A DNA stretch of 64,000 nucleotides from Syntrophorhabdaceae bacterium (GCA_963665295.1 OY762209.1:4352001-4416000), one strand, 5' to 3'; positions 1-11,560 are shown, numbered from the stretch's first letter. Notes: generated by a model from the letters alone, not told the origin. Made by a program: numbers and translations.

Positions 1-325
1 CTTTCTTGTCAATCTTGATGACTTTCGGCCTGTCGTCGGTCATCTTCAATACTACCTTCTTAAGGTTGAGAATCAGCTCGGTTACGTCTTCCTGCACGCC
101 TCTTACCGTCGAAAACTCGTGATCCACACCATCAACCCATACAGATGTGATAGCGCTCCCCATAATTGAGGAAAGCAACACTCTGCGCAGTGAGTTACCG
201 ATCGTTATTCCATATCCTCTTTCGAAGGGCTCTGTCGAAAACTTTATATAATTATACTCTTTCTTCTCAATCTCGATCTTCGTTGGCTTGATAAGCTCCT
301 GCCAATTCTTCTCAAACATATGCAT
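1..325 (-). CDS. rpoA: RNA polymerase alpha subunit, N-terminal part (runs off window; start at 325 or 319)
   Basis: Manual translation [12 protein letters not shown]...[22 protein letters not shown]...HEFSTV; follows rpsD; SD GAAGGAG upstream. Confidence 0.95.
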   Translation of the reverse strand, partial: MHMFEKNWQELIKPTKIEIEKKEYNYIKFSTEPFERGYGITIGNSLRRVLLSSIMGSAITSVWVDGVDHEFSTVRGVQEDVTELILNLKKVVLKMTDDRPKVIKIDKK

Positions 326-347
326 ATGCCCTCCTTCGGGGTAAGGA

Positions 348-968
348 CTATCTCGAATAATACTCTACTATGAGCTGTTCCTTTATTGGCATTGTTATGT
401 CTTCTCTTACCGGCAGAAGTCTGATCACACCTTTCATTGCCTCTTTATCCAACTCTATCCAAGATGGTACCCCGCGCCTGACAACGGACTCAAGGGCGTT
501 CTTGACCGAGAACAGTTCCTTGTTCTTAACGGCCACCTCATCTCCTTCCTTCACGAGAAACGAGGGTATATTCACTCCCCTTCCGTTTACCATGATGTGT
601 TTATGAGATACCAACTGTCTCGCTTCCTTCCTCGACGTGGCAAATCCCAATCTGTACACCATGTTGTCAAGTCTTCTCTCCAGCAGCACAAGGAAGTTCG
701 TCCCCGTAATACCCGCTTTCCTCTCTGCCATGCTGAAGAATCTCTTGAACTGTTTCTCGCTCAGGCCGTAAGTCTTCCTTACTTTCTGTTTCTCCCTCAG
801 CCTGAGGCCGTATTCCATAAACTTTCCCCTCGTCTCCACATGGACTCCAGGCGGATAGTTCCTCTTCTCTATTTCACACTTTTCCGTATAGCATCTTTCG
901 CCCTTAAGGAAAAGTTTAACTGCCTCTCTTCTGCACAATCTGCATGATGGTCCTACGTATCTTGCCAA
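348..968 (-). CDS. rpsD: 30S ribosomal protein S4
   Basis: [37 protein letters not shown]. Confidence 0.98.
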   Translation of the reverse strand: MARYVGPSCRLCRREAVKLFLKGERCYTEKCEIEKRNYPPGVHVETRGKFMEYGLRLREKQKVRKTYGLSEKQFKRFFSMAERKAGITGTNFLVLLERRLDNMVYRLGFATSRKEARQLVSHKHIMVNGRGVNIPSFLVKEGDEVAVKNKELFSVKNALESVVRRGVPSWIELDKEAMKGVIRLLPVREDITMPIKEQLIVEYYSR

Positions 969-979
969 CGCTTCCCTCC

Positions 980-1369
980 TTAAACCCTTCTTCTTTTAGG
1001 TGGCCTGCACCCGTTATGCGGTATCGGCGTAACGTCCCGAATCAGATGAATTCTCAGGCCGGCGCTCTGAAGCGCTCTCAATGCCGCTTCCCTCCCGGCC
1101 CCGGGTCCTTTGATGAACACATCGACTGTCCTCATCCCGCTCTCCATCGCCTTCTTGGCTGCGTTCTCCGCGGCAAGCTGCGCTGCGAAAGGCGTGCTCT
1201 TCCTGGAACCCTTGAATCCCACAACCCCGCCGCTCGACCACGATACCACGTTACCCTGAGGGTCGGTAATAGTGATTATTGTGTTGTTAAAGCTCGACTG
1301 GATATAAGCCTCCCCTATGGGCACATTCTTCTTAACCTTCTTCTTGCCTGTCTTCCTGGTTCTCGCCAT
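980..1369 (-). CDS. rpsK: 30S ribosomal protein S11
   Basis: [35 protein letters not shown]. Confidence 0.98.
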   Translation of the reverse strand: MARTRKTGKKKVKKNVPIGEAYIQSSFNNTIITITDPQGNVVSWSSGGVVGFKGSRKSTPFAAQLAAENAAKKAMESGMRTVDVFIKGPGAGREAALRALQSAGLRIHLIRDVTPIPHNGCRPPKRRRV

Positions 1370-1377
1370 CTACCACC

Positions 1378-1746
1378 TCATTTTTTTCTTTTCATTGACG
1401 TCTTTCTCGGACCCTTTCTCGTACGGGCATTTGTCCTGGTCCTCTGGCCCCGCACCGGCAAGCCTCTCCTGTGCCTCAGGCCCCTGCGACAGCCTATATC
1501 CATCAGTCTCTTGATATTGATACTTACTTCCTTCCTCAGATCGCCTTCGACCTTGTAAGTATTCTCTATGATATCGCGTATCTTTGCGATCTCTTCATCT
1601 GTGAGGGCGTTCGTTCTCTTATCAGGACTAATTCCCGCCTCGGCTATTATCCGGTTCGACAACGCCCTTCCAATCCCATATATATAGGTCAGCGCAATCT
1701 CTATCCTTTTGTCCCTCGGTATATCAACACCTGCGATTCTTGCCAC
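1378..1746 (-). CDS. rpsM: 30S ribosomal protein S13
   Basis: [28 protein letters not shown]. Confidence 0.98.
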   Translation of the reverse strand: MARIAGVDIPRDKRIEIALTYIYGIGRALSNRIIAEAGISPDKRTNALTDEEIAKIRDIIENTYKVEGDLRKEVSINIKRLMDIGCRRGLRHRRGLPVRGQRTRTNARTRKGPRKTSMKRKK

Positions 1747-1757
1747 GTCAATCCTCC

Positions 1758-1871
1758 TTAGCCCTGTTTCTGCTTATGCTTTGGGTTCTCGCATATCACC
1801 CTGAGGACACCCTTCCTCTTGATGATCTTGCACTTATCGCATCTCTTCTTGACTGAAGGCCTTACTTTCAT
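1758..1871 (-). CDS. rpmJ: 50S ribosomal protein L36 (37 aa, not in ORF track)
   Basis: Manual translation [37 protein letters not shown]. Confidence 0.97.
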   Translation of the reverse strand: MKVRPSVKKRCDKCKIIKRKGVLRVICENPKHKQKQG

Positions 1872-1880
1872 CTCTTCCTC

Positions 1881-2099
1881 CTACTTTACCCTGTATATAA
1901 TCCTTCCCCGGCTAAGATCATACGGCGAAAGCTCCACAACGACTTTGTCGCCCCGTAATATCTTAATGTAATGCATCCTCATCTTGCCTGACACATGGGC
2001 AAGCACCTTATGACCGTTGGGAAGTTCCACTCTGAACATAGCGTTCGGCAACGGCTCAATCACTGTCCCTTCTATTTCTATTCCCTCGCCTTTTGGCAT
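1881..2099 (-). CDS. infA: Translation initiation factor IF-1
   Basis: [29 protein letters not shown]. Confidence 0.98.
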   Translation of the reverse strand: MPKGEGIEIEGTVIEPLPNAMFRVELPNGHKVLAHVSGKMRMHYIKILRGDKVVVELSPYDLSRGRIIYRVK

Positions 2100-2106
2100 C
2101 GTACCT

Positions 2107-2859
2107 TCACAGTGCGCTCAATATCTCCGCGCCATTTTCTTTTAAAGCCACCGTATGCTCAAAATGAGCGGAAAGGCTGCCATCCCTTGTGACTGCAGTC
2201 CAACCGTTCTCTTTTATCGCCACGTCGCTTTCCCCCACATTGACCATAGGCTCAATGGCTATCACCAGCCCCTTCTTGAGCCTGGGCCCGGTGCCTCTCT
2301 CACCGTAATTAGGCACCTGTGGGTCCTCATGAAGACTCCTTCCTATTCCATGCCCAACAAACTCCCTCACTACCGAGAATCCGGCCGCCTCCACATGCGA
2401 CTGAACCGCATGAGAGATGTCGTGCAGCCTCTTCCCTCCGCTCGCCGCTTCTATACCTTTATAGAGACTCTCTTCCGTTACTTTCATGAGTCTCTCTGCC
2501 TTCTGTGACACCTTTCCGACTCCGGTGGTGACGGCCACATCGCCGTAATACCCTTCATACTCCACGCCGAAATCGATGCTGACAATGTCACCCTCTCTAA
2601 GCATGCGCTCACCCGGCATACCGTGTACCACTTCGTCGTTCACCGACACGCACAGGCAGAACGGATATCCGCTATAGCCCTTGAAGGCAGCTCTTATCTT
2701 TCCTATACCTCTGATCCTATCTTCACAAAAGCTCTCCAGATCGATAGTCCTCATTCCTTCCCGAACGGCGCCTTTCACTTGCAGAAGTATCTCCATGGCG
2801 TATCTGCTTGCCGTCCTTATTTTCGCTATCTCTCCGGGATCCCTTAATATAATCATCAC
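2107..2859 (-). CDS. map: Methionine aminopeptidase type I
   Basis: [31 protein letters not shown] motifs. Confidence 0.96.
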   Translation of the reverse strand: MMIILRDPGEIAKIRTASRYAMEILLQVKGAVREGMRTIDLESFCEDRIRGIGKIRAAFKGYSGYPFCLCVSVNDEVVHGMPGERMLREGDIVSIDFGVEYEGYYGDVAVTTGVGKVSQKAERLMKVTEESLYKGIEAASGGKRLHDISHAVQSHVEAAGFSVVREFVGHGIGRSLHEDPQVPNYGERGTGPRLKKGLVIAIEPMVNVGESDVAIKENGWTAVTRDGSLSAHFEHTVALKENGAEILSAL

Positions 2860-2925
2860 TCAAACGTATATCCCTCGCCCCACGCCAAAGCCCTCATACC
2901 TGCCCGGCCTTCGGCCTGGTGTACA

Positions 2926-4233
2926 TTATCTCCTGCCCTTGATCCTCGCGGATTTCTTCACGAGACCGTCGTAGTGCCTGAGGATCAGGTGCGATTCGAT
3001 CTGCTGAATCGTATCGAGCGCCACACCCACTACTATGAGCAGCGCAGTTCCTCCGAAGTAAAAAGGCACGTTGAACTTCTTTACCAGCAGGGTGGGCAAT
3101 ACGCACACGAAGGAGATATACACCGCCCCTATGAAGGTTACCCTCGACAGCACTTTTTCGATATACTCCGAGGTCTTTTTCCCCGGTCTGATCCCCGGTA
3201 TATACCCTCCGTACTTCTTCATGTTATCGGCCACATTATCAGGGTTAAAGACAATCGCCGTATAAAAGAAACAGAAGAACACTATAAAACCGATATAGAG
3301 AAGTTCGTGGAGAAAACTTCCCGGCGTCAGATAGCCCGCGAAGGTTTTCATGTACGGATGGTTGATGAAGTTCGCGATGGTCGCAGGAAACATGATTATG
3401 GACGACGCGAATATAGGAGGAATAACGCCCGCTGTATTCACCTTTAAAGGCAGATGGGTAGCCTGCCCGCCATACATCTTTCTTCCCACCACGCGCTTCG
3501 CATACTGCACCGGTATCCTTCTCTGCGACGTCTCCATAAAGACTATGAAGGCCACCACAAAGAACATCATGGCAACTACAAGAATCACTACAAACCAATT
3601 CATTTCACCGCTACTCACAAGGCCCATGGTACTTGCGATCGCATTGGGCATTCTTGCCACAATACCGGCAAAAATGATCAGTGATATGCCGTTGCCTATA
3701 CCCTTCTCTGTAATCTGCTCACCAAGCCACATGATGAACGACGTGCCCGCGGTAAGGGTTATCATGGTCATTAACCTGAATCCCCAGCCCGCGTTGTACA
3801 CCACCAGCTCGCCCGCAGCGCCCCTCATTTGCTCCAGACCGACTGCAATGCCAAACCCCTGAATCAGGCTGATAACCACCGTCCCATACCTTGTGTATTG
3901 GGTAATCTTTTTCCTTCCTGCTTCACCCTCCTTGGAGAGCTTCTCCAGGGTGGGCACTACCACCGTAAGGAGCTGAAGGATAATCGACGCGCTGATGTAG
4001 GGCATGATTCCAAGCGCAAAAATGGAGAGTCTTTCCAGACCTCCGCCCGCAAACATGTCGAAAAACCCGAGCAACGTCCCCCGAGCCCTTTCAAAGATGC
4101 CTGCCAAAACCTTTCCATCTATGCCTGGAGTGGGGATATGCACGCCCACCCTGTATACGGCGAGCAGGACAAGTGTTGCAATTATCCTACGCTTTAGCTC
4201 GGGGATTTTTCCAATATTCTGGAAACCTCCCAT
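2926..4233 (-). CDS. secY: Preprotein translocase SecY
   Basis: SIFALGIMPYISASII, GIGNGISLIIF, IPGIRPG, FGGTALLI. Confidence 0.98.
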   Translation of the reverse strand: MGGFQNIGKIPELKRRIIATLVLLAVYRVGVHIPTPGIDGKVLAGIFERARGTLLGFFDMFAGGGLERLSIFALGIMPYISASIILQLLTVVVPTLEKLSKEGEAGRKKITQYTRYGTVVISLIQGFGIAVGLEQMRGAAGELVVYNAGWGFRLMTMITLTAGTSFIMWLGEQITEKGIGNGISLIIFAGIVARMPNAIASTMGLVSSGEMNWFVVILVVAMMFFVVAFIVFMETSQRRIPVQYAKRVVGRKMYGGQATHLPLKVNTAGVIPPIFASSIIMFPATIANFINHPYMKTFAGYLTPGSFLHELLYIGFIVFFCFFYTAIVFNPDNVADNMKKYGGYIPGIRPGKKTSEYIEKVLSRVTFIGAVYISFVCVLPTLLVKKFNVPFYFGGTALLIVVGVALDTIQQIESHLILRHYDGLVKKSARIKGRR

Positions 4234-4676
4234 TAAACCAATACCTCCACCGTACCGCCCTGTGCCTGTATCTTCTCTATGGCCTTCTTTGATGCCTTAT
4301 GAACAGTAAGTTTGATCGCGAAATCGATCTCTCCGTCGGAGAGCAGCTTTACGCCGTTCTTGATCTGTTTCACAAAACCTGCCTCGAGGATATCCTGAAT
4401 TCCCACTTCTTCCTTACCTCTGAACCTCTCGAGGTCCTCTATCTTAATCACGGCGAACTCGACCCTGAAGGGGCTCTTGAACCCTCTCTTCGGTATCCGT
4501 CTTGTAAGCGGAAGCTGTCCGCCCTCAAAACTCTTGCCTTTCGTACCGCCGCTCGTCGATCTCTGCCCTTTATTTCCATAACCCGCAGTCGTGCCAAGAC
4601 CCGACCCGGTTCCTCTTCCTACACGCTTCCTGCTCTTTTTGGACCCTTCGGATGGCTTTAAGTCAGACAGTTTCAT
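4233..4676 (-). CDS. rplO: 50S ribosomal protein L15
   Basis: RVGRGTGSG, FEGGQLPL; position before secY. Confidence 0.97.
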   Translation of the reverse strand: MKLSDLKPSEGSKKSRKRVGRGTGSGLGTTAGYGNKGQRSTSGGTKGKSFEGGQLPLTRRIPKRGFKSPFRVEFAVIKIEDLERFRGKEEVGIQDILEAGFVKQIKNGVKLLSDGEIDFAIKLTVHKASKKAIEKIQAQGGTVEVLV

Positions 4677-4862
4677 TTATCGAACATCCTCCACAATTCT
4701 CAAGAGATGCATGACTTTCTTGACCATGCCTCTTATCTCCGGCGTATTCTTCAGAACCCTTTCTTCCTGAAGTTTTCTAAACCCGAGGCTCTTAATCGTA
4801 GCCCTCTGGTCCTCTGTGCGCCCTATATAGCCTTTGACCCATTTCGCTTTCAGGTAGCCCAC
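4677..4862 (-). CDS. rpmD: 50S ribosomal protein L30
   Basis: 61 aa between rpsE and rplO; NTPEIRGMVKKV. Confidence 0.9.
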   Translation of the reverse strand: MGYLKAKWVKGYIGRTEDQRATIKSLGFRKLQEERVLKNTPEIRGMVKKVMHLLRIVEDVR

Positions 4863-4863
4863 G

Positions 4864-5370
4864 TTATCCCTCCTCGCCCTTTGTCTTTCCCCTTTGCTTC
4901 AGTGACACCTCGGGTGACTTCAGTAAGGAAAGCCCTTTAATCGTGGCTTTTACCACGTTATGGTAATTCCTCGACCCATAACATTTCGTCAGTATATTCG
5001 TGATTCCCGCAACCTCAACCACCGCTCTCACCGCTCTACCCGCGATAACGCCCGTGCCTTCCTTTGCCGGTTTCATAAACACCTGACTCGTCCCGTACTT
5101 TTCCATAATCTCGTGGGGAATCGTCCCTCTTACCACGGGAACTTCAACGAGATCCTTCTTGGCCCGTTCCACCGCTTTCCGAATCGCGTCAGGAACTTCA
5201 TTGGCCTTTCCGAGACCGTATCCCACCTTGCCGTTGCCGTCACCAACAACTACAATGGCGCTGAAACTGAACCTTCTTCCGCCTTTGACAACCTTCGCAA
5301 CCCGATTTATGTAAACCAGCCTGTCCTGTAACTCGAGTCCCTCTGTTTCCATACGTTTTTTCTCGACCAA
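4864..5370 (-). CDS. rpsE: 30S ribosomal protein S5
   Basis: [25 protein letters not shown]. Confidence 0.97.
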   Translation of the reverse strand: MVEKKRMETEGLELQDRLVYINRVAKVVKGGRRFSFSAIVVVGDGNGKVGYGLGKANEVPDAIRKAVERAKKDLVEVPVVRGTIPHEIMEKYGTSQVFMKPAKEGTGVIAGRAVRAVVEVAGITNILTKCYGSRNYHNVVKATIKGLSLLKSPEVSLKQRGKTKGEEG

Positions 5371-5384
5371 CAGTTGACCTCCTC

Positions 5385-5750
5385 CTAGAAAATTAACCCG
5401 GCTTCCCTTGCAGCATCTGCGAGCGCCGCTATCCTGCCATGGTATTTAAAACCATTTCTGTCAAATACCACGTGCTCCACTCCCAATGCCTTGGCTTTGG
5501 TCGCTATGTAGTGGCCTACCTTTTTCGCAGCTTCGACGTTTCCGCCATACTTCAACTCTGCCTTAACTTCCTTCGACAGCGTCGATGCGCCTGTGATCAC
5601 TTTGTCTGCGGAGTCGTCTATAAGCTGCACATATATTTCCTTCAGGCTCTTATACACGCACAGTCTCGGTTTTCCCGCAACACCGGATATTTTCTTTCTG
5701 ATCCTCTTTTTTCTACGCGCTCTTGCTTCAGCTATTTTTCTTCTATCCAT
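5385..5750 (-). CDS. rplR: 50S ribosomal protein L18
   Basis: [23 protein letters not shown]. Confidence 0.97.
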   Translation of the reverse strand: MDRRKIAEARARRKKRIRKKISGVAGKPRLCVYKSLKEIYVQLIDDSADKVITGASTLSKEVKAELKYGGNVEAAKKVGHYIATKAKALGVEHVVFDRNGFKYHGRIAALADAAREAGLIF

Positions 5751-5761
5751 TTGAATACCCC

Positions 5762-6298
5762 TTACTTCCCGCTTTTCCCTGCTTTCTTCCTCAGGACTTC
5801 ATCCGCGTACTTCACACCCTTATTCTTATAGACGTCCGGAGCCCTAAGCGCCCTCATCTTCGCCGCTATCTCTCCGATGAGTTCCTTATTTATGCCCCTT
5901 ATGGTGATCAACGTCTGCTTGTCGATCTGAGCTGAAATGCCCTCAGGCAACGCAAAGGAAATCGGGTGCGAATAGCCCAGATAGAAAACAACGTTATCCG
6001 ACTGTATTTCAGCCCTGTAACCTATGCCCACTATCTCAAGCTTCCTCTCAAAGCCTTTGTACACGCCCTCGACCATATTCGCCACGAGCGTCCTCATAAG
6101 TCCATGGAAGCCCTTTATCCTCTTCTCTTCGCTATCCCTCGTTACCGTGACCGTATTGCCGTCAAGGTTGACACGTAAACCCTCCAGGAGCGGCCTTGCC
6201 AGCGATCCTTTCGGTCCCGTTACCATAACCTGACCATCCTTTACTTCCAGCTTCGTGCCTTCCGGCATCTCAATCGGTTTCCTGCCTATCCTTGACAT
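5762..6298 (-). CDS. rplF: 50S ribosomal protein L6
   Basis: MSRIGRKPI, GIGYRA, LGYSHP, KGVKY. Confidence 0.97.
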   Translation of the reverse strand: MSRIGRKPIEMPEGTKLEVKDGQVMVTGPKGSLARPLLEGLRVNLDGNTVTVTRDSEEKRIKGFHGLMRTLVANMVEGVYKGFERKLEIVGIGYRAEIQSDNVVFYLGYSHPISFALPEGISAQIDKQTLITIRGINKELIGEIAAKMRALRAPDVYKNKGVKYADEVLRKKAGKSGK

Positions 6299-6305
6299 CG
6301 TAACC

Positions 6306-6707
6306 TCACCAGACCAGGAGAAGGGGTTCCCCTCCCACCTTATTCTTCATTGCGTTTCTATCGGTCATAAGCCCTCTCGATGTGGAAAGGATTACCAGAC
6401 TGAGTCGCGTCTTCAATCCTGCTATACCGTCGGACTTCACATAAACCCTTCTGCCCGGTTTGCTGATCCGTTTCAGCCCGGTTATCACGCTCTTGTTGCC
6501 CTCATCATAGTTGACATACACCTTAAGGAACTTTTTTCGCGCCTCGTCGATGAAGGTCTTGTAATTCCTTATATAACCCTCTTCCTTCATTATCTTGGAG
6601 ATTGCAAGCTTCATATTCGAATAAGGTATATCTACCGACTCATGGCGGGCCATGATCGCATTTCTTATTCTCGTAAGCATATCCGCGATGGGATCTACCA
6701 TAGCCAT
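6306..6707 (-). CDS. rpsH: 30S ribosomal protein S8
   Basis: DPIADMLTRIRNA, ISKPGRRVY, STSRGLMT. Confidence 0.97.
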   Translation of the reverse strand: MAMVDPIADMLTRIRNAIMARHESVDIPYSNMKLAISKIMKEEGYIRNYKTFIDEARKKFLKVYVNYDEGNKSVITGLKRISKPGRRVYVKSDGIAGLKTRLSLVILSTSRGLMTDRNAMKNKVGGEPLLLVW

Positions 6708-6717
6708 AGGGGCCCCC

Positions 6718-6903
6718 TTACCAACTCGATTTAATGACTCCAGGCACCTCTCCTCTCAAGGAACGCAACCTGAAGCAAATTCTGCACATTTGAAACCTGC
6801 CCAAATACCCTCTCGGTCTCCCGCAAATAAGGCACCTGTTCCTGGTCCTTACTTTATACTTCGGAGTCCGCTTCGTCTTTTCCATCATTGCTTTTCTTGC
6901 CAT
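6718..6903 (-). CDS. rpsN: 30S ribosomal protein S14, zinc-binding (type Z) form
   Basis: 61 aa with CLIC and CRIC; VIKSSW. Confidence 0.96.
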   Translation of the reverse strand: MARKAMMEKTKRTPKYKVRTRNRCLICGRPRGYLGRFQMCRICFRLRSLRGEVPGVIKSSW

Positions 6904-6914
6904 CTAATCCTCCG

Positions 6915-7454
6915 TCAACCCCTGAAAGGCATGCCCATAAGTTTCAGAAGCTCAAAGCCTTCTTCGTCCGATGGCGCCGTTGTGGTAATGGTAATATTCA
7001 TTCCCCTTACCTTATCGATCTTATCATACTCTATCTCAGGGAAGAGGGTCTGTTCTTTAACACCCAATGTGTAGTTACCCCTGCCGTCGAAAGATTTCGC
7101 AGATACTCCCTTGAAATCCCTAACCCTCGGCAGCACAATCGTCACCAGCTTGCGGTAGAACTCGTACATCCTGTCCCTACGCAGGGTAACCATACATCCG
7201 ATCGACATACCCTCTCTCAATTTAAAGGATGCGATCGATTTCTTCGCTTTCGTGATAACCGGTTTCTGACCCGTTATGGCCATAATATCATGAGAGGCTG
7301 CGTCCAGGGCTTTCACATTCTGAATCGCTTCGCCCAGCCCTACATTCACCACGATCTTTTCAATTTTCGGAACCTGCATCACATTCTTGTATTTGAACCT
7401 CCGCATAAGGGCGGATTTCACTTCCTTCTCATAATATTCCGCATATCCTGTCAT
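6915..7454 (-). CDS. rplE: 50S ribosomal protein L5
   Basis: [26 protein letters not shown]. Confidence 0.97.
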   Translation of the reverse strand: MTGYAEYYEKEVKSALMRRFKYKNVMQVPKIEKIVVNVGLGEAIQNVKALDAASHDIMAITGQKPVITKAKKSIASFKLREGMSIGCMVTLRRDRMYEFYRKLVTIVLPRVRDFKGVSAKSFDGRGNYTLGVKEQTLFPEIEYDKIDKVRGMNITITTTAPSDEEGFELLKLMGMPFRG

Positions 7455-7467
7455 CAGCTGTTGCCTC

Positions 7468-7791
7468 CTACTTGTCTATAGCCTCTTCGCACTTTTTGCA
7501 GAATCTGATCTTTCTGCCGTCTTCGAGGACCTTCTTGCCCACCCGCACAGGCTTGGAGCATTTTTCGCAGTAAATCATCACGTTCGAGAGATGAATAGGG
7601 CTCTCCCTTTCCATGATTCCGCCCTTCGACTTCTGGCTCGGTTTCACGTGTCTTTTAATTACATTGATCTTTTCCACGATCAGCCGGTCCTTCTTCTTTA
7701 CGATCCTCAGTACCTTTCCGGTTTTGCCCTTGTCCTTGCCCGTTGTCACCATCACAAGGTCATTCTTCTTTACGTGATAATGTTTCTCCAT
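7468..7791 (-). CDS. rplX: 50S ribosomal protein L24
   Basis: KOW motif [17 protein letters not shown]. Confidence 0.97.
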   Translation of the reverse strand: MEKHYHVKKNDLVMVTTGKDKGKTGKVLRIVKKKDRLIVEKINVIKRHVKPSQKSKGGIMERESPIHLSNVMIYCEKCSKPVRVGKKVLEDGRKIRFCKKCEEAIDK

Positions 7792-7872
7792 AATTACCTC
7801 ATCTTAAGCTATCAACTTTCAAAGGAAAGCCGTTTGCTGACCATAGTATGCTTGTATCCCACCACTCAGCCA

Positions 7873-8241
7873 CTACACTACTTCCGGTGCCAAAGATACG
7901 ATCTTCATGAACTTCTTTGCCCGCAGCTCCCTCGCCACGGGTCCGAAGATCCTCGTTCCGATAGGCTCATTATACTGATTGATGATGACAGCCGAATTGT
8001 CGTCAAACCTCACATAAGAACCATCTATCCGCCTTATCTCTTTGCTCGTCCGCACGATTACGGCCTTCACCACATCCCCTTTCTTAACCTTCGCGTTAGG
8101 TATGACTTCTTTCACGGAGGCCACGATGATATCCCCCACTGTGCCGTACCGCTTCCGCGAACCACCGAGGATTCTTATGCATCCCAGTTTCTTTGCCCCT
8201 GAGTTGTCTGCTACATCTAGTTTAGTTCGTTCCTGTATCAT
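7873..8241 (-). CDS. rplN: 50S ribosomal protein L14
   Basis: [26 protein letters not shown]. Confidence 0.98.
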   Translation of the reverse strand: MIQERTKLDVADNSGAKKLGCIRILGGSRKRYGTVGDIIVASVKEVIPNAKVKKGDVVKAVIVRTSKEIRRIDGSYVRFDDNSAVIINQYNEPIGTRIFGPVARELRAKKFMKIVSLAPEVV

Positions 8242-8533
8242 CCTTTACCACCTCTTCTCGAACCATTACCGGTTCTTCACGCTTTATGATCTCTTTCACA
8301 AGCCATCTCTTGTCCTTGCTCAATGGCCTTGTCTCAACAAGAAGAACCCTGTCTCCAACCTTGCACACGTTTGTCTCATCGTGCGCCTTATATCTCTTCT
8401 TCATCTTCAAATATTTATGATATCGAGGATGCTTTAAGAATTTCTCGACTTCTATCACTACACTCTTATCCATCTTGTCTCTGACGACTACACCTACAAT
8501 CTTTCTTCTGCCAACAGCGCTTTTCAGTTCCAT
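8222..8533 (-). CDS. rpsQ: 30S ribosomal protein S17
   Basis: [24 protein letters not shown]. Confidence 0.96.
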   Translation of the reverse strand: MELKSAVGRRKIVGVVVRDKMDKSVVIEVEKFLKHPRYHKYLKMKKRYKAHDETNVCKVGDRVLLVETRPLSKDKRWLVKEIIKREEPVMVREEVVKDDTGTN

Positions 8534-8543
8534 GCCTACCTCA

Positions 8544-8738
8544 TTAAGTGTGTAATTCCTGTTGTCTCAAAACCGTTTCCAACCTTGCCACATCCTTCTT
8601 GATTACCTTCATCCTCGCCGTATTCTCCAACTGGCCGGTGGAATGCTGGAACCTCAGGTTGAACATCTCTTCCTTCAGGTCCTTCTTCTTCTTCAGCAAC
8701 TCCTCTTTCGTAAGCTCTTTCAGCTCTTTCGCTTTCAT
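8544..8738 (-). CDS. rpmC: 50S ribosomal protein L29
   Basis: FNLRFQ..TGQLEN..KKDVAR; position. Confidence 0.96.
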   Translation of the reverse strand: MKAKELKELTKEELLKKKKDLKEEMFNLRFQHSTGQLENTARMKVIKKDVARLETVLRQQELHT

Positions 8739-9151
8739 TGTTCCTCACTTCTCGCTACAAAGCGCGTACCGATAGGCAGTTTAAAAGACGCTATCCGCAA
8801 GGCCTCTTTTGCCTTATCCTCGGGCACACCCTGGATCTCATACAAGACCTTTCCCGGTTTTACCACCGCCACCCAACCCTCAGATGGCCCCTTCCCCTTA
8901 CCCATACGGGTCTCAGCAGGCTTCTTCGTGATCGGTTTGTCAGGAAATACCCTGATCCACACTTTGCCCGTCCTCTTTACATATCTCGTGAGCGCGATCC
9001 TAGCCGCTTCAATCTGTCTCGCCGTGATCCAACCGCACTCCAGGGCCTGCAATCCGAAATCTCCGAAGCTCACTTCATTGCCCCGGCTGGCCACGCCCTT
9101 CATCCGGCCTTTCATCTGTTTCCTGTACCGTACCCTTTTTGGTGCAAGCAT
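8735..9151 (-). CDS. rplP: 50S ribosomal protein L16
   Basis: QIEAAR, RMGKGKG, KLPI. Confidence 0.98.
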   Translation of the reverse strand: MLAPKRVRYRKQMKGRMKGVASRGNEVSFGDFGLQALECGWITARQIEAARIALTRYVKRTGKVWIRVFPDKPITKKPAETRMGKGKGPSEGWVAVVKPGKVLYEIQGVPEDKAKEALRIASFKLPIGTRFVARSEEQ

Positions 9152-9794
9152 TATCTTGCCTCCTGATAAATTTCTCCCTTAAAAATCCATACTTTTATGC
9201 CAATAACACCATACTTGGTGCTCGCAATAGCAGTTCCATAATCAATGTCGGCCCTAATGGTCTGAAGCGGCACGCGACCTTCACGATACCATTCAGTCCT
9301 TGCCATCTCAGCCCCTGCAAGCCTACCCGCGCACATGGCCTTGATCCCCTTGGCTCCGAACTTCAGCGCCTGAGATACATTCCTCTTCATCGCTCTTCTG
9401 AAGGACACCCTTCGCTCGAGTGAAGGGCGATGTTCTCCGCCACAAGCTGCGCATCTATCTCGGGCCTCTTGACTTCAGTGATATTGAGGATGATTTCCTT
9501 GTCGGTAATCCGCTGCAGTTCCCTCTTAAGATTTTCAACTTCAGCGCCTTTTCTTCCTATGACAAGTCCGGGTCTCGACGTAAAGATATTCACCTTTGCT
9601 CTTTTATCCTTATTCGCTGCCCTCTCTATCTCTATCTTCGAGATTCCTGCCTGGTGCAGCTTCTCCTTCAGGAATTTCTTGATAGCCAAGTCCTCATGAA
9701 GAAACTTCGCGTAATTTCTGGACGCAAACCACTTGGAGTCCCATGTCTTTATTACGCCAAGCCTAAAACCAAAGGGATTCGTCTTCTGACCCAT
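9151..9794 (-). CDS. rpsC: 30S ribosomal protein S3, split by an apparent 1-nt deletion near 9420 (probably a sequence error)
   Basis: N-part [11 protein letters not shown]...VAENIAL (9387-9794) and C-part SFRRAMK...[13 protein letters not shown] (9151-9408) lie in different frames. Confidence 0.93.
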
Positions 9795-9807
9795 TTATCC
9801 TCCAAAA

Positions 9808-10140
9808 TTATGCTTCATCTAAAATCATCGTAATATGACTGCTGCGCTTCCTTACCTTTGTTGCCCTTCCCATAGCCCTCGGAAGAAACCTCTTCATCAC
9901 CGGTCCGCCGTCAACTATGACGTTCTTTACGAAAAGGTTGTCGATATCCACGTACTTCCTCTGCTTGGCATTCGCAACAGCGCTGTCAAGAAGCTTTTTA
10001 AGTATATCCGATGCTTTCTGCGGCATGTAGGTGAGCATACCACTTGCATCGTTGACGTTCTTCTTTTTTATCAAATCCCCTACGAGCCTTACTTTCCTCG
10101 GGGATATGCGTATCATTCGTGCCCGTGCTATGATTTCCAT
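9808..10140 (-). CDS. rplV: 50S ribosomal protein L22
   Basis: RISPRKVRLV, PRAMGRA, SHIT. Confidence 0.97.
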   Translation of the reverse strand: MEIIARARMIRISPRKVRLVGDLIKKKNVNDASGMLTYMPQKASDILKKLLDSAVANAKQRKYVDIDNLFVKNVIVDGGPVMKRFLPRAMGRATKVRKRSSHITMILDEA

Positions 10141-10145
10141 AATTC

Positions 10146-10436
10146 CTAATCCTTCCTCTTTACTACTTTGGCCTTCCTGTCCCCTGAATGGCTGTGAAAA
10201 GTCCTCGTAGGCGAAAATTCGCCCAGCTTATGCCCTACCATCTCTTCCGATACGAAAACTGGTATGAACTTCTTTCCATTATGGACCGCAAAGGTCAATC
10301 CAATAAAGTCAGGAGTAATTGTCGAGCTCCTCGACCACGTCTTTATCACCTTAGAGCTCTTCGTCTCCTTCGTTTCTCCGACCTTCTTTACCAACTTTAG
10401 GTCCACGTATGGCCCTTTTTTTAGAGACCTCGCCAT
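10146..10436 (-). CDS. rpsS: 30S ribosomal protein S19
   Basis: [23 protein letters not shown]. Confidence 0.98.
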   Translation of the reverse strand: MARSLKKGPYVDLKLVKKVGETKETKSSKVIKTWSRSSTITPDFIGLTFAVHNGKKFIPVFVSEEMVGHKLGEFSPTRTFHSHSGDRKAKVVKRKD

Positions 10437-10445
10437 GGAAACCTC

Positions 10446-11273
10446 CTAATCCCTTTTCTTTATGACAAACTTATCAGTTCGCTTATTCTTTCTGGTTTTA
10501 AGCCCTTTGGACAACTGTCCCCAAGGAGAACACGGGTGTCTCCCGCCTTTAGACCGGCCTTCGCCGCCGCCCAAGGGGTGATCCACAGGGTTCATCGCCG
10601 TTCCTCTTACCGTAGGTCTAATGCCGAGCCACCGAGGCTTCCCCGCCTTCCCTATGGTTATATTCTCATGGTCTACATTGCCTGCCTGTCCGATCGTAGC
10701 CACACAATTCAGATGTATGAGCCTGACCGCTCCAGACGGCAACCGGACATGACCGTAATCGCCCTCTTTTGCAACAAGCTGCGCATAGCAACCCGCTCCT
10801 CGTGCGAGCTGACCGCCCTTTCCGGGCTTCATCTCTACATTGTACACGGAAGTTCCAAGAGGTATAAACCGGAGCGGCAGTGCGTTCCCTTCTTTTATCT
10901 CAGTGTCCGCCTTCTTGCTCGATATGATCACCTCACCCACCTTAACCCCATGAGTGGCGATCATATATCTCTTTTCACCATCCGCATAAGAAACCAGAGC
11001 TATATGGGCCGATCTGTTAGGATCATACTCGATTCCCTTGACTGTCCCCGGTATCTCGAATTTGTCCCTCTTAAAATCAACAATCCTATATCTTCTCTTG
11101 TGGCCGCCACCAATATGCCTGGTGGTAATCTTTCCCGAGTTATTCCTTCCTCCGGACTTCTTTATCGGCCTGAGCAAAGACTTCTCGGGTTTATCTTTGG
11201 TAATCTCATCATACGTCAGGCCGCTCATGAACCTCCGGCCCGCTGAAGTAGGTTTATATTCCCTGACGCCCAT
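10446..11273 (-). CDS. rplB: 50S ribosomal protein L2
   Basis: [25 protein letters not shown]. Confidence 0.98.
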   Translation of the reverse strand: MGVREYKPTSAGRRFMSGLTYDEITKDKPEKSLLRPIKKSGGRNNSGKITTRHIGGGHKRRYRIVDFKRDKFEIPGTVKGIEYDPNRSAHIALVSYADGEKRYMIATHGVKVGEVIISSKKADTEIKEGNALPLRFIPLGTSVYNVEMKPGKGGQLARGAGCYAQLVAKEGDYGHVRLPSGAVRLIHLNCVATIGQAGNVDHENITIGKAGKPRWLGIRPTVRGTAMNPVDHPLGGGEGRSKGGRHPCSPWGQLSKGLKTRKNKRTDKFVIKKRD

Positions 11274-11560
11274 TATGCACCCTCAAAAATCGTTATTTTA
11301 TCTTTAGGACTTAGCTTCACATACGCCTTCTTCCAATCCGCCTGCTTTCCGGCGAACCTCCCTACCCTTTTCTTCTTCCCTTCCACTTTGACCACGCTCA
11401 CGGAGACCACTTTCACCTTGAAAAGTTTCTCCACGGCCTTCTTGATCTCTATCTTGTTCGCGTTCCGCTGTACCTCGAAGACATACTGGTTCGCGTTTTC
11501 CTTCACAAATGAGCTTTTCTCCGTAATTACCGGCCTCAACACCACGTCATATTCGTTCAT
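11273..11560 (-). CDS. rplW: 50S ribosomal protein L23
   Basis: PVITEKS, ANKIEIK, WKKAYV. Confidence 0.97.
   Translation of the reverse strand: MNEYDVVLRPVITEKSSFVKENANQYVFEVQRNANKIEIKKAVEKLFKVKVVSVSVVKVEGKKKRVGRFAGKQADWKKAYVKLSPKDKITIFEGA

Noticed and set aside
9387..9430. Programmed frameshift or true pseudogene for rpsC
   Set aside because: No slippery sequence or stimulator, and both halves are fully conserved, so a sequence error is more likely
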